Shown here: positions 18,517-27,847 of the stretch, one piece after another
Layout of the letters: each line of letters starts with the position of its first letter
Numbering within the stretch: the first letter of the stretch is position 1
DNA from: Anaerolineaceae bacterium UBA5211
GTDB lineage: Bacteria > Chloroflexota > Anaerolineae > Anaerolineales > Anaerolineaceae
Reading direction: 5' to 3'
Length of the DNA stretch: 64,000 nucleotides
Assembly (NCBI GenBank): GCA_002412595.1
Contig: DHVJ01000015.1
Location: 144,080-208,079 of the forward strand
Position numbers and translations under genes: made by a program
The notes under the pieces: model-generated
Told to the model about the DNA's origin: nothing
Databases searched by the model: none
What the model saw: the letters and a program-made list of their open reading frames with translations, nothing else

Positions 18517-19482
18517 TCAGTGAGCAGCCGGCGAAGACCTAGCCTTTTCTAAAATGCGCAGCGCCGTCATTTCATCCGTAATGAGGGTGTTAATGTACTT
18601 CGCCCGGCTGGCGCCGATGATGGCATCCACCTTCTGTTCGCCGCCGGCAATCGCAATCACCTCGGGAACGCGGGCCAGTTCATTCAACTCTATGCTCATG
18701 ATATCCTGCATCATGTAATTCACCGGCAAGCCGTCCCGGTCAAAGAAACGCATGCAGATATCCCCTACCGCGCCGTGTTCAACCAGGCCATTCTTTTCAA
18801 TATCAGCCACATTATCCTGAAAGATGATCTCGCTGCTAACCGGGGTTTCGCCGATCCCCACTACAGCTTTATTCATGCGCTGCCATAACGCCAGCATTTC
18901 CTGCACATTAGCGGTTTGCAGCAGCTGCTCGCGCAGATCCTTGTTGTCCACGATACCGGGCACATAATATTGAATCCATTTACCGCCAAAAGCATCGCTG
19001 ACTTTTTGGATGATGCTGTGCACCTGCAGGCAGGGTTTGATCTGGCCGATGCCGCCCAGCATGGGGACAAAAAGAACATCCCGCTCGGGCTGCGGTTCGA
19101 TGCTTTCAGCCAATTCGTATAGGGTGCGGCCCCAGCCAAAACCAACCACGTCCCCAACCTGGATGGTGTCCGCCAGGTAACGGGCCGCCGATAGGGCGAT
19201 ATTGCGGCGCGTGATATTGACATCATGCACCTGCCCGGAGATGACGATGCAGTGCTTTAAATCAAGCGTTTGGGATAATTGATCGGAATATTCGGAACTC
19301 TTGTTATATGGATCGATAATGTTAATGAAAACGATCTTATCGTCCAATGCTTTTTTCAGCATGCGCGAGACTGTTGGACGAGAAATTCCAAAATTGGCCG
19401 CGATCTCATCCTGGGTCAAACTCTGCTCATAATACTGCCGGGCAATTTGTACGATCTTCTCGATATCATCATAACGTGTCAT
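18517..19482 (-). CDS. SorC/DeoR-family sugar-binding transcriptional regulator
   Basis: A..YY...LTQDEIA..GISRPTVSRML; GWGRT; GAVGDIC..FFD..G; AGG..K..AI; LITDE. Confidence 0.92.
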   Translation of the reverse strand: MTRYDDIEKIVQIARQYYEQSLTQDEIAANFGISRPTVSRMLKKALDDKIVFINIIDPYNKSSEYSDQLSQTLDLKHCIVISGQVHDVNITRRNIALSAARYLADTIQVGDVVGFGWGRTLYELAESIEPQPERDVLFVPMLGGIGQIKPCLQVHSIIQKVSDAFGGKWIQYYVPGIVDNKDLREQLLQTANVQEMLALWQRMNKAVVGIGETPVSSEIIFQDNVADIEKNGLVEHGAVGDICMRFFDRDGLPVNYMMQDIMSIELNELARVPEVIAIAGGEQKVDAIIGASRAKYINTLITDEMTALRILEKARSSPAAH

Positions 19483-19598
19483 GCAATCAGTTATTCCCTC
19501 GTAAAGTCAATTTAAGCATTATAGACGATTATTCTTTCCTTCAAAATCAGTCTGGTTGATATAAGCTGACCTATTTTATCCAAAAACGAAGCGTTTTT

Positions 19599-19991
19599 TT
19601 ATTGAAATTTTCGCATGGTCACACTTATCCGTGCGGTTTCCAGCGCGCAATCGACCAGCTGATCAATGTCCGCCGTGCTGTCGCGTAAAACCAGGACTTC
19701 CAACAACATGGGCAGATTAACGCCTGTTACCAAACATACGCGCTTGTCATTCACACCCAGCACCGCATTCCAGGGTGTACCGCCCTGCAAATCGACAAAG
19801 ACCAGCAGCGGCCTATCGGCTTCAAATGACATCACCAACTCGGAAACTTTCTGGATGAAATTTTCCAGTCCATCCCCTTCCCGCAAACATAAGGGATAAA
19901 CCCCTTCGCGCTCGCCCATCAGCATTTGCGCGCTGTTGATCAGCGCAATCGGAAAGTCGCCATGCCCAATGACCAGTACCGGTATTTCCAT
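19599..19991 (-). CDS. PTS mannose/fructose/sorbose family IIA
   Basis: IGHG (phospho-His), DLQGGTPWN, GVNLPMLLE. Confidence 0.92.
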   Translation of the reverse strand: MEIPVLVIGHGDFPIALINSAQMLMGEREGVYPLCLREGDGLENFIQKVSELVMSFEADRPLLVFVDLQGGTPWNAVLGVNDKRVCLVTGVNLPMLLEVLVLRDSTADIDQLVDCALETARISVTMRKFQ

Positions 19992-20001
19992 TTATATATC
20001 C

Positions 20002-21021
20002 TTAATCCTGTAATAAAAGTACTTTGACCGCTTCACCCGATTTGGCTTTTGCAAAACCCGTATTGGCCTGGTCCAGAGGCATGCGTGTGGTGATCAACGG
20101 TTTCAGGTTCACCTTCGCGTGCGCGATCATATCCGCCGCCAGGCGGTAATCCGATGTCCGGAATCCGGAGGTACCCACCAGTGAAATCGATTGATAGTGA
20201 ATCGCATACGCGGAAATTGAGAGTTTCCTGTCCTTGGGCAATCCGCCAAAAAGATGCACCACTCCTCCCGGCCTGGCAGCGGTGATGACCGACTCTACCA
20301 CTTCCGGGACGCCCACCGCGGTGATGATCACATGCGGCCCCAAGCCGCCGGTTTGTGCAGCTGCCCACTGTGCCAGATCGCCATCCACAGCCGGGTCATG
20401 CGTCACGGCGCCCAGTTGTTTGGCCAACGCGCGCCGAGTGGGATTAGGTTCCGTCACCAAAACGCGCGCCGCACCCCAAGCCGAAGCCAGCAGAACGTGC
20501 AGCAGCCCCATGAATCCGCCTCCCACCACTAAAATGCTCCAACCCGGTTCCCAACGGCAGGTCTTTAGAGAAAATACAACGCAAGCCAAGGGTTCCGCCA
20601 GTGCGGCTTCTTCAAAGCTGATATCCGTGGGGATCTTCCAGGCCGTCTTCACAGCCAACAAAGCGGGGGCGGCCACCTTTTCGGCAAAAGCTCCGCCGGA
20701 AAGCATGGTCTTGTTTCTACATTGGTCCTCGCGGCCGGCCAAGCAGAACCGGCAAGTTCCGCAGCCAGCGTACGGCGCGACGGAAACGCGCTCTCCCGCG
20801 GAAAAATCAGGGATGGCAGATTGGATGATTTCGCCTGCCAGTTCATGGCCCAGCACCATGGGTGGCTGCATCCCCGGTCGTGTTCCGGTCAATGCTTTGA
20901 TATCCGTGCCGCAAATGCCGCTGGCACGCACGCGCAGCAGGAACCCTTCGTTTAATTGGGGTTCCGGGTAATCTCGCACATATTCAATCGTATTTGGAGC
21001 GGTAAAGACAGCTGCTTTCAA
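20002..21021 (-). CDS. Zn-dependent alcohol/polyol dehydrogenase (SorE/sorbitol dehydrogenase-like)
   Basis: GICGTD, GHE, C..C..C.......C structural Zn site, EPLAC, GGGFMG; TTG start with AAGGAG. Confidence 0.88.
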   Translation of the reverse strand: MKAAVFTAPNTIEYVRDYPEPQLNEGFLLRVRASGICGTDIKALTGTRPGMQPPMVLGHELAGEIIQSAIPDFSAGERVSVAPYAGCGTCRFCLAGREDQCRNKTMLSGGAFAEKVAAPALLAVKTAWKIPTDISFEEAALAEPLACVVFSLKTCRWEPGWSILVVGGGFMGLLHVLLASAWGAARVLVTEPNPTRRALAKQLGAVTHDPAVDGDLAQWAAAQTGGLGPHVIITAVGVPEVVESVITAARPGGVVHLFGGLPKDRKLSISAYAIHYQSISLVGTSGFRTSDYRLAADMIAHAKVNLKPLITTRMPLDQANTGFAKAKSGEAVKVLLLQD

Positions 21022-21036
21022 TCTATTCTCCTTCTT

Positions 21037-21070
21037 AGTAATCGCCGGAATTGAAAACCCGGCGATTACT
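21037..21070 (-). other. Intra-operon stem-loop between IID and dehydrogenase genes
   Basis: AGTAATCGCCGG-10nt-CCGGCGATTACT; no clear U tail on the minus strand. Confidence 0.6.
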
Positions 21071-21097
21071 CTGTTTTCTATTCACTAAACTAATAGG

Positions 21098-21922
21098 TTA
21101 AATCCAACCCAAGACTTTCAACCCGACCGTCATTACCATCAACAGCAGCATGACCACGATGGGAGAGATCTTTTTCTTGAGCAGGAAATAAACCAGGAAC
21201 AGCAGCCCCAACGGAAGGGCTTTTGGCAGGATTGAATCCAGGATGCCCTGCAGTGCCACTCCGGAGCCTTCCGCTTCGGTCTGGAACAACACTACCGGTG
21301 TCGAAATGCTGATCAAGGATGCCACCATCACACCGGCCACAGTCATGGCAACAATTTTCGCGCCCAGCACGAATTTATCAAGCAGCTGGCTGGTGCGGAT
21401 CTGTTCGACAATGCCAATGCCGCCGCGGTAACCCCAGAAGAAGGGATAATAGGTACCCAACACCGCGATTACACCGATCAGGAAAGCGACAACTACACCC
21501 ATGACATTGCCGTTAACTGCTAGGTTGGCGGCAATCGCCAGGATGATGGGATGAACCGTGCCCCAGAAGAATGAATCGCCCACTCCAGCAAAGGGACCCA
21601 TCATCGCCACTTTCAAATCATTCATCGATTCGGTCGTGATGGAGTCATCGTTGGCTTTGGCTTCTTCCATGGCAACCATCACACCCATGATCAGCGCGCT
21701 GAAATAGGGGTGAGTATTATAAAACACCAGGTGACGTTTATAACCATCCCGCAATTTGTCTCCGGTGTAACCCAATGAGCGGAAGATTGGGATCATTACT
21801 TGGGTCATACCCAGCGCCATCAGACGTTCAAAGTTATAGTTACCGGCAAAGTTGTTGATCCGCCAGAAGGCACCATAAAATGCTAATTCATCAATTTTCT
21901 TTTGATTTTCGGCCATTTCCAT
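21098..21922 (-). CDS. PTS mannose-family IID
   Basis: NFERLM..G, RHLVFYNTHP, MEE, K.AMMGPFAGVGDSFFW, LQ.ILDSILP. Confidence 0.93.
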   Translation of the reverse strand: MEMAENQKKIDELAFYGAFWRINNFAGNYNFERLMALGMTQVMIPIFRSLGYTGDKLRDGYKRHLVFYNTHPYFSALIMGVMVAMEEAKANDDSITTESMNDLKVAMMGPFAGVGDSFFWGTVHPIILAIAANLAVNGNVMGVVVAFLIGVIAVLGTYYPFFWGYRGGIGIVEQIRTSQLLDKFVLGAKIVAMTVAGVMVASLISISTPVVLFQTEAEGSGVALQGILDSILPKALPLGLLFLVYFLLKKKISPIVVMLLLMVMTVGLKVLGWI

Positions 21923-21928
21923 TCTCCT

Positions 21929-22753
21929 TTATTTATTTACAGCCTTCTCGGAATTCGCTGTCTTGAGGCGGACGTAGATCAACGCGAAACAGATGCCCAA
22001 AATAGCTCCTGCCAGTGCGTTAATATTCAAGTAAGCTGCCAGCAAGAAACCGATGAAGAAGAACGGCCATACTTCGTTAGAAGCAATGATCAACAACAAC
22101 ATGCCAAAACCAAGGGCAGGCAAAATGCCGCCGGTCGCTCCCAATCCATTGGAAAGCCAATCAGGAATGATGGACAGCAGTTTGGCAGCCGCGTCAACCC
22201 CCAGGCCCACGCCCAGAAAAGCGGGAATCACATTGACCAAATGCCAACCGGTACCGTTAATTGAATTGAGTAAATCCAGTCCGACCGTGTTTCCTTTATC
22301 AGCCATTTTGTCGGCCCAATGCACCAGGAAAACATTCAGACTCATGAAAGCAACTGTCAGCAGTTGGCTGGCAATGGAAACCGGGACAACCAGGGCCAGC
22401 GCTTCGCCAATATTGGCTTTGGTGAGAATGATCAGAGCTGTTGTCAGAATAGATGCCAGGAATGGGCTGGGTGGAATGGAAGCGCCCACGATAAACACCC
22501 CCAAGAACATCAATTGGATCGTGCCGCCCACATACAAACCGGTTTTCAAATCACCCAGAACCAGGCCGGTGATCGCTGCCGGGATGATATACGCATAGGT
22601 AGCCGAGTCGGCAATACCGCGCATGATCGTGATCCACCAGGCCGCAAATTTGCTCTCCTTTTTTGTGAGAATGACAATAATTTCCGGAATGGTTTTCAGA
22701 AAGATTGTCCAACCACCCGCCACCAAAGCAACGTAAAAAGCTTCTTTCCACAT
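21929..22753 (-). CDS. PTS mannose-family IIC (divergent N-terminus)
   Basis: GLVLGDLKTGL.VGGTIQL.FLG...VGAS.PP; IPDWL..GL...GG.LPALGFGMLL. Confidence 0.9.
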   Translation of the reverse strand: MWKEAFYVALVAGGWTIFLKTIPEIIVILTKKESKFAAWWITIMRGIADSATYAYIIPAAITGLVLGDLKTGLYVGGTIQLMFLGVFIVGASIPPSPFLASILTTALIILTKANIGEALALVVPVSIASQLLTVAFMSLNVFLVHWADKMADKGNTVGLDLLNSINGTGWHLVNVIPAFLGVGLGVDAAAKLLSIIPDWLSNGLGATGGILPALGFGMLLLIIASNEVWPFFFIGFLLAAYLNINALAGAILGICFALIYVRLKTANSEKAVNK

Positions 22754-22782
22754 TTTGTTATCGTCTCCTAATTTTTATATGA

Positions 22783-23250
22783 TTAAATATCCAGGAATGT
22801 CACTCGATCAGTTGGAACCATCTGCACCTCCATTTCTACCCCGCGGGATTTAAGTTCTTTGAATGCATTTTCTTCGTCAAGTGTGGCGTAAACCACTTTT
22901 GCCAATTTTTTCGTGTTTGGCCTTCCTTGAAGTCCACCCACATTTATCTTCTTGATTTCCAAATCTTGATCCATCAACACCACTACATCCAGCGGAGTGG
23001 GGGAGATGATGAAAAAAGAGTCATTTGGTCCGGAATTGCGGATGTATTCCGCTGCCTGCTCCGGTGGCAGCAATAAAATTTCTTTTCCGGGAACCGTAGC
23101 CACAGAAAATATACTTTTATAGACCGGACTGGTGGCTACGCGTTCATTCGCGATAATGATGGTATTGGCGTTGTAAACGCGCAGCCAGGCAGTGGTTACC
23201 TGCCCATGGATTAAACGGTCATCGATACGAATTAAAGAGATTTTTCCCAT
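22783..23250 (-). CDS. PTS mannose/sorbose-family IIB
   Basis: RIDDRLIHGQV..W; INVGG; QMVP.D. Confidence 0.95.
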   Translation of the reverse strand: MGKISLIRIDDRLIHGQVTTAWLRVYNANTIIIANERVATSPVYKSIFSVATVPGKEILLLPPEQAAEYIRNSGPNDSFFIISPTPLDVVVLMDQDLEIKKINVGGLQGRPNTKKLAKVVYATLDEENAFKELKSRGVEMEVQMVPTDRVTFLDI

Positions 23251-23285
23251 CCTTCAGAACCCTCGCTTTGTTAAAATATACAGTT

Positions 23286-23313
23286 ATTATAGAAAGATTT
23301 TTACATATGTCAA
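23286..23313 (-). promoter_or_regulatory. sigma70 promoter of PTS operon
   Basis: TTGACA-16-TATAAT on the minus strand. Confidence 0.75.
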
Positions 23314-23388
23314 GCACATTATTTCATTTTGTACAAACATTTGTCATATTTTTCAAATCATCACAATATCTATTGCCAATATTGCTTA

Positions 23389-23418
23389 TTGACATTATTG
23401 TGTATTGCACAGTATAAT
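23389..23418 (+). promoter_or_regulatory. sigma70 promoter of padR with overlapping imperfect palindrome
   Basis: TTGACA-18-TATAAT; TATTGTG-tattg-CACAGTA (1 mismatch) between the elements. Confidence 0.75.
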
Positions 23419-23425
23419 AAAAATT

Positions 23426-23770
23426 ATGAACGCTAAACAGAACGAGGACTTCGAAAAGCTGCGCCAGGAACTTCGGCGCGGAACCGTGGTGCTGGCTGTT
23501 TTAAGCCAGCTGGAGCGGGACCAATACGGCTACTCGCTGATCAGCAGCTTGAACGAAAAGGGTTTTGAAATCGGGCAGGATACACTCTACCCCCTGCTCA
23601 GGCGGCTGGAAAAGCAGGGCCTGTTAGACAGCCAGTGGCGTGTGGAAGATCCGCGCCCGCGGCGCTATTATCAATTGAACCAAGCCGGCCGGGAGATGCT
23701 GGCGCTGCTGACCGCAGAATGGCGGCAACAGGATGAAGTCATAAGGAGATTGTTAGATGAAAATGAATAA
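23426..23770 (+). CDS. PadR family transcriptional regulator
   Basis: ELRRG..LAVL..L....YGY.L; TLYPLLRRLE..GL; PRRYY.L...G. Confidence 0.93.
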   Translation: MNAKQNEDFEKLRQELRRGTVVLAVLSQLERDQYGYSLISSLNEKGFEIGQDTLYPLLRRLEKQGLLDSQWRVEDPRPRRYYQLNQAGREMLALLTAEWRQQDEVIRRLLDENE

Positions 23771-24779
23771 CTCCGCCCAGGAGCTGCTCAAACGCTACCT
23801 GTTAGGCGTAAAAAAGGAATTGGGCGGCCAAGAGCGCGAAGATATCGCCGCCGAGATCGAGTCTTACATTTTGGATCTTTTAGAAGAACGCTATGCCGGC
23901 GAAACACAAGTCAGTACAGACGAACTGGGAGCCGTGCTGAAAGAAATGGGTGCGCCGCGTAAAGTAGCCGCGCAGTATGGACCCCAGCGCTACCTGATCG
24001 GCCCACGTCTGTTCTCGATTTATTGGCTGGTGCTGCGCATCCTGGCCGCCGTGGTGGCTGGCAGTCTGGCGCTTGCACTGTTCATTTCAGCCGTGATCGA
24101 ACCCACCAGCACCCCCGGGGGTGTAATGGTGGAGTTCATTGGGTCGCTCTTCAGCGGCGTACTGTCCGCCGCGGGTGCAGTCACCTTGGCATTCGCAATC
24201 ATCGAACGCTTGATGGAAACCCGCGAAGTGGAAGAGATCAAAGAATTGGAAGAATTCAATCTCAGCGATTTGCCTGAACTGCCCCAGGAAGAGCAGGCTT
24301 TCCGCCCGGCCGGAACCATTTTCGAGATCATCATCACAGCTCTGGGCATGGCCTTCTTCATCTATCTGCGCATCACCGGCGGCGCACTGCCTGTGTATGC
24401 CAATCCGGGGACGCAAGTTGGTATGGCGCATATATTCACTGCAAATTTCTTAAAATTTATTCCGGTCATCCTGGTGCTGAACGGTTTAGAGATGGGACGC
24501 AGCATCACCCTGCTGGTGCAGAGCCGCCCCTCTGCCCTGACCAACTGGTGGGCCATTGTCAGTAAAGGCGCTAATGTGGTGCTGAACGGTTTCATGCTGG
24601 GTGCCCTGCCGCTCATCACGCTGGACTTTTTCCGCCGGATTCCGGGGCTCAACCCATCCGCACAGGCAGACCAGATCGCCAACACAGTCCTGGCCATTTT
24701 GTTAGGATTGAGCCTATTGGGCAGCCTGGTGGATATCATCCGTTCCAGCCTGCGCGAGTTGCGCAACCCGACTTACTAA
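23757..24779 (+). CDS. HAAS/DUF1700-type membrane protein
   Basis: RYL..V...L....REDI..EI...I.D; L.EMGAP..VA.QY...YLIGP..F..YW; several TM helices; overlaps padR. Confidence 0.8.
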   Translation: MKMNNSAQELLKRYLLGVKKELGGQEREDIAAEIESYILDLLEERYAGETQVSTDELGAVLKEMGAPRKVAAQYGPQRYLIGPRLFSIYWLVLRILAAVVAGSLALALFISAVIEPTSTPGGVMVEFIGSLFSGVLSAAGAVTLAFAIIERLMETREVEEIKELEEFNLSDLPELPQEEQAFRPAGTIFEIIITALGMAFFIYLRITGGALPVYANPGTQVGMAHIFTANFLKFIPVILVLNGLEMGRSITLLVQSRPSALTNWWAIVSKGANVVLNGFMLGALPLITLDFFRRIPGLNPSAQADQIANTVLAILLGLSLLGSLVDIIRSSLRELRNPTY

Positions 24780-24797
24780 ACTCTTACGACACACACA

Positions 24798-24825
24798 AAA
24801 AATACCCCCTTGCGGGGGTATTTTT
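24798..24825. terminator. Bidirectional terminator
   Basis: AAAAATACCCCC-ttgc-GGGGGTATTTTT between convergent genes. Confidence 0.9.
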
Positions 24826-24849
24826 ATATTTGCTAATTTTGCTCTAAAT

Positions 24850-25779
24850 TTATTCCGCCAACAGCTCCAACAATTTTTCTTTAAACATATTGCCGTCAAT
24901 GGCCGCAATAATCGTGGTATTTTCCGGTTGGTTTGTCAAATGCTGGTGGTCAATGACAAACTGCCCGTAAGCTCTATCGCTTTGATATTCCACATAGCTG
25001 TAAGCTTCGAGCTGGCGCATGACCATCTCCGGGTAGAGCGCGGCCGCCACCGTGGTGGGGTCGGGCAAGTCAAAACCATCCTTGCCGAAAGTTCGGTTGT
25101 ACTCAATTAACGAAGCATTGCAGCGCACGGCAAAACGGCCCAGCTTTCCCAGTGCGTTCAGGCGTTGGATGTCTGTTGGTGTGATGAAGGCCTCCTCAAT
25201 CAGACACACGTCCCAGCCCACGATACTCTTGGGGACGCTTGAATTTAGCAGGATGTGCACTGCCTCCGCATCCACGTAGAAATTGAATTCGGCCACCGGG
25301 GTCACATTGCCCGGACCCAATCCAACGCCGCCCATGACATACACCCGCTTGATCCAATCCGCCAGCGCGGGTTCCTTCAGCAGCGCCAATGCCAGATTGC
25401 TCAATGGGCCCAGCGTGACGACCTCCAGCTCGCCAGGAAAACGCCGCGCGGTTTCGATGATAGCGTCCACCGCGTGGCCAGGCGCCACCATCAGCGCCGG
25501 ATCGGGCAGGTCCATCTCCCCCATGCCGTCCGCACCGTGTACAAACTCGGCCGTGAAGAGCGGCCGCATCAACGGTCCCGGCCGCCCAGCGTACACCGGC
25601 GGTTCGTAAGTGCCGGCTTGCTCCACCGTGATCAGTGCATTGCGTACGCAGGTATCCAACGGGCAGTTGCCCGCCACAACAGTGATGGCTTCCACCCGGA
25701 TGGATGGTTCGCGCAGTGCCATCAGCAGCGCCACTGCATCGTCGGAAGCAGTATCGGTATCAATTAAGAAATGTCTCAT
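24850..25779 (-). CDS. Nucleoside hydrolase (IUNH family)
   Basis: IDTDTASDDA, VHGADG, LGPLSN, MGG....GN.TP.AEFNF..D.EA; ATG 25779 after AAGGA. Confidence 0.93.
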   Translation of the reverse strand: MRHFLIDTDTASDDAVALLMALREPSIRVEAITVVAGNCPLDTCVRNALITVEQAGTYEPPVYAGRPGPLMRPLFTAEFVHGADGMGEMDLPDPALMVAPGHAVDAIIETARRFPGELEVVTLGPLSNLALALLKEPALADWIKRVYVMGGVGLGPGNVTPVAEFNFYVDAEAVHILLNSSVPKSIVGWDVCLIEEAFITPTDIQRLNALGKLGRFAVRCNASLIEYNRTFGKDGFDLPDPTTVAAALYPEMVMRQLEAYSYVEYQSDRAYGQFVIDHQHLTNQPENTTIIAAIDGNMFKEKLLELLAE

Positions 25780-25842
25780 TATCTTTTCCTTTTGCTGAAT
25801 TTCCCCACAAGCATAAACCATGCAGCGCCGCGCCGAAAGGAC

Positions 25843-26517
25843 CTATGTCCTTTTCACCACCACATCCAACAGCGCCTGCGGATCGACGATCACCAGCGTG
25901 CGATTCTTCAGGCGGATGGCATTCTGCTCCGCAAGGTTTTTCAATGAGCGGTTGAGGTGACGCACGGACACGCCCAAAATGGCAGCCAGGGCATCGCGCT
26001 TTTCCAATTGGATAGTTTGGCCTTCCAGGTGGCTGCGCTCCAACAGGTAATGCGCCAGACGGCTTTCGGCCGACAGCGCATACTGGGCCAGCAGCATGCT
26101 GGCAAAATACATCTTCTTGGACAGGTAGCGGATGATGAATTGCAGAAAAGGGATGGAAGTCAAGCCGTATTGGTTGACCAGGTTGATCGGGATTGCCAGC
26201 ACGATGCAATCTTCCAACGCGCGCACGTTGCTGGTCACAACGCGGTCGCTCAGCAGTTCCATGTCGCCGATGATGGAAAAAGTTGTTTCGAAGGAATAAA
26301 CTGCCTGGCGTCCATTGGGCTGCAAATAGTCCACTTGCAATTTGCCTTCCACCAACAGATAAAGCTGTTTCAGGCGCTCTTCCTGAAAGAAGAGATATTC
26401 CCCTTTGCGATACTGGCACACTTCCAACGCTTCCAATAATTCGCGCGGCAGGTCTTTTTCCAGAGAAAATTGAATGATATAACTCTTTTTTCGGGCCGGG
26501 TCGTTAATAATATCTAT
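25843..26517 (-). CDS. Crp/Fnr family regulator (YeiL-like); probable ATA start
   Basis: cNMP-binding fold (KGEYLF..E..LY.L.EG; IGDMEL) and HTH (LA..LGVS.RHL.R.L). Frame extends 27 codons upstream of the track start (26436) to an ATA 6 nt after AGGAG. Confidence 0.85.
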   Translation of the reverse strand: MDIINDPARKKSYIIQFSLEKDLPRELLEALEVCQYRKGEYLFFQEERLKQLYLLVEGKLQVDYLQPNGRQAVYSFETTFSIIGDMELLSDRVVTSNVRALEDCIVLAIPINLVNQYGLTSIPFLQFIIRYLSKKMYFASMLLAQYALSAESRLAHYLLERSHLEGQTIQLEKRDALAAILGVSVRHLNRSLKNLAEQNAIRLKNRTLVIVDPQALLDVVVKRT

Positions 26518-26671
26518 GGCGAACTCCTGAATTTCATGTCAAAGGTTGAGTTAATTGTATATCGAGTTCTTTTGAAACATATCCTTTTACTGTCTAAATA
26601 AAATCACTTTAATCAAAAATTAAGGGGTGCGCACAATAAAACACATCCCTTAATCATCAAAAAAACACGCT

Positions 26672-27847
26672 TTAAATACGCGCCACACCGCTCTCGCGGG
26701 CAGCCTGCGCCACGGCTTTGGCGACTGCCTGCACCACGCGCGGGTCCAGCGCCGAAGGGATGATGCAATCCGCGCTCAGTTTGTCCGGCTCAACCACACC
26801 GGCCAACGCGTAAGCCGCTGAGATCTTCATGGCGTCGTTGATGTCGGAAGCGCGCACATCGAAAGTCCCGCGGAAGATGCCCGGAAAAGCCAGCGCGTTG
26901 TTGACCTGATTGGGGAAATCACTGCGTCCAGTGGCGATCACGGCCGCGCCGCCAGCCCTGGCATCCTCAGGAAAAATCTCGGGGGTAGGATTGGCACAGG
27001 CGAAGATGATCGCATCTGCAGCCATCGTTTTGACCATCTCAGTGGTCAGCACGCCCGGCGCGGATACGCCGATGAACACATCCGCCCTGCGCACTGCATC
27101 CGCCAAGCCGCCTTTGATCTTGCCCGGGTTGGTAATCACAGCCATCTCTTCCTTGATGGCATTCATGCCTTTTTCACGCCCGGCGTAAATAGCGCCGGTG
27201 CGGTCGCACAGGGTGATGTCCTGGATGCCGTCGCTCAGCAATAATTTTGTTACTGAAATGCCGGCCGCGCCCGCTCCGTTAACGACCACGCGCACGTCCT
27301 GCTTGCGCTTGCCCACCAGCTTGAGCGCGTTGGTCAGCCCGGCCAGCGTCACCACCGCTGTGCCGTGCTGGTCGTCGTGGAAAATGGGAATATCGCATTT
27401 CTCCTTCAGTTTGCGCTCAATCTCAAAGCAGCGCGGCGAGGCGATATCTTCCAGATTCACACCGCCGAAGCTGCCTGAAATCAGGTAAATGGTGTTGACA
27501 ATATCGTCCACGTCCTTGCTCTTGATGCACAGCGGAAAAGCATCCACCCCGCCCAGGGCTTTGAACAGCACGCATTTACCCTCCATAACCGGCATGCCAG
27601 CTTCCGGGCCGATGTCGCCCAGACCCAGCACAGCCGTACCGTCCGTCACGACCAACGCCATGTTCCAGCGCCGCGTCAGCTCATAGCTTTTTGTCAAATC
27701 TTTCTGAATTTCCAAACAGGGCTGCGCCACCCCGGGTGTGTAAGCCAGGCTGAGGTCATCGCGCGTGGCTACCGGCACGGTGGGGATCACCTCCAGCTTG
27801 CCTTTCCATTCGTAATGCAATCTCAATGATTCCTTGGCGTAATCCAT
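26672..27847 (-). CDS. NAD(P)-dependent malic enzyme
   Basis: LSLAYTPGVA, TDGTAVLGLGDIG, MEGK..LFK, NLEDI..P.CF, FHDDQHGTA, GAGAAG, ANP.PEI, TGRSDFPNQVNN. Confidence 0.96.
   Translation of the reverse strand: MDYAKESLRLHYEWKGKLEVIPTVPVATRDDLSLAYTPGVAQPCLEIQKDLTKSYELTRRWNMALVVTDGTAVLGLGDIGPEAGMPVMEGKCVLFKALGGVDAFPLCIKSKDVDDIVNTIYLISGSFGGVNLEDIASPRCFEIERKLKEKCDIPIFHDDQHGTAVVTLAGLTNALKLVGKRKQDVRVVVNGAGAAGISVTKLLLSDGIQDITLCDRTGAIYAGREKGMNAIKEEMAVITNPGKIKGGLADAVRRADVFIGVSAPGVLTTEMVKTMAADAIIFACANPTPEIFPEDARAGGAAVIATGRSDFPNQVNNALAFPGIFRGTFDVRASDINDAMKISAAYALAGVVEPDKLSADCIIPSALDPRVVQAVAKAVAQAARESGVARI

Noticed and set aside
20234..20971. 245-aa plus-strand ORF
   Set aside because: Antisense to the Zn dehydrogenase.
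25760..26419. 219-aa alternate-frame ORF over the Crp regulator
   Set aside because: No recognisable motifs; the Crp frame is complete, so no frameshift is needed.
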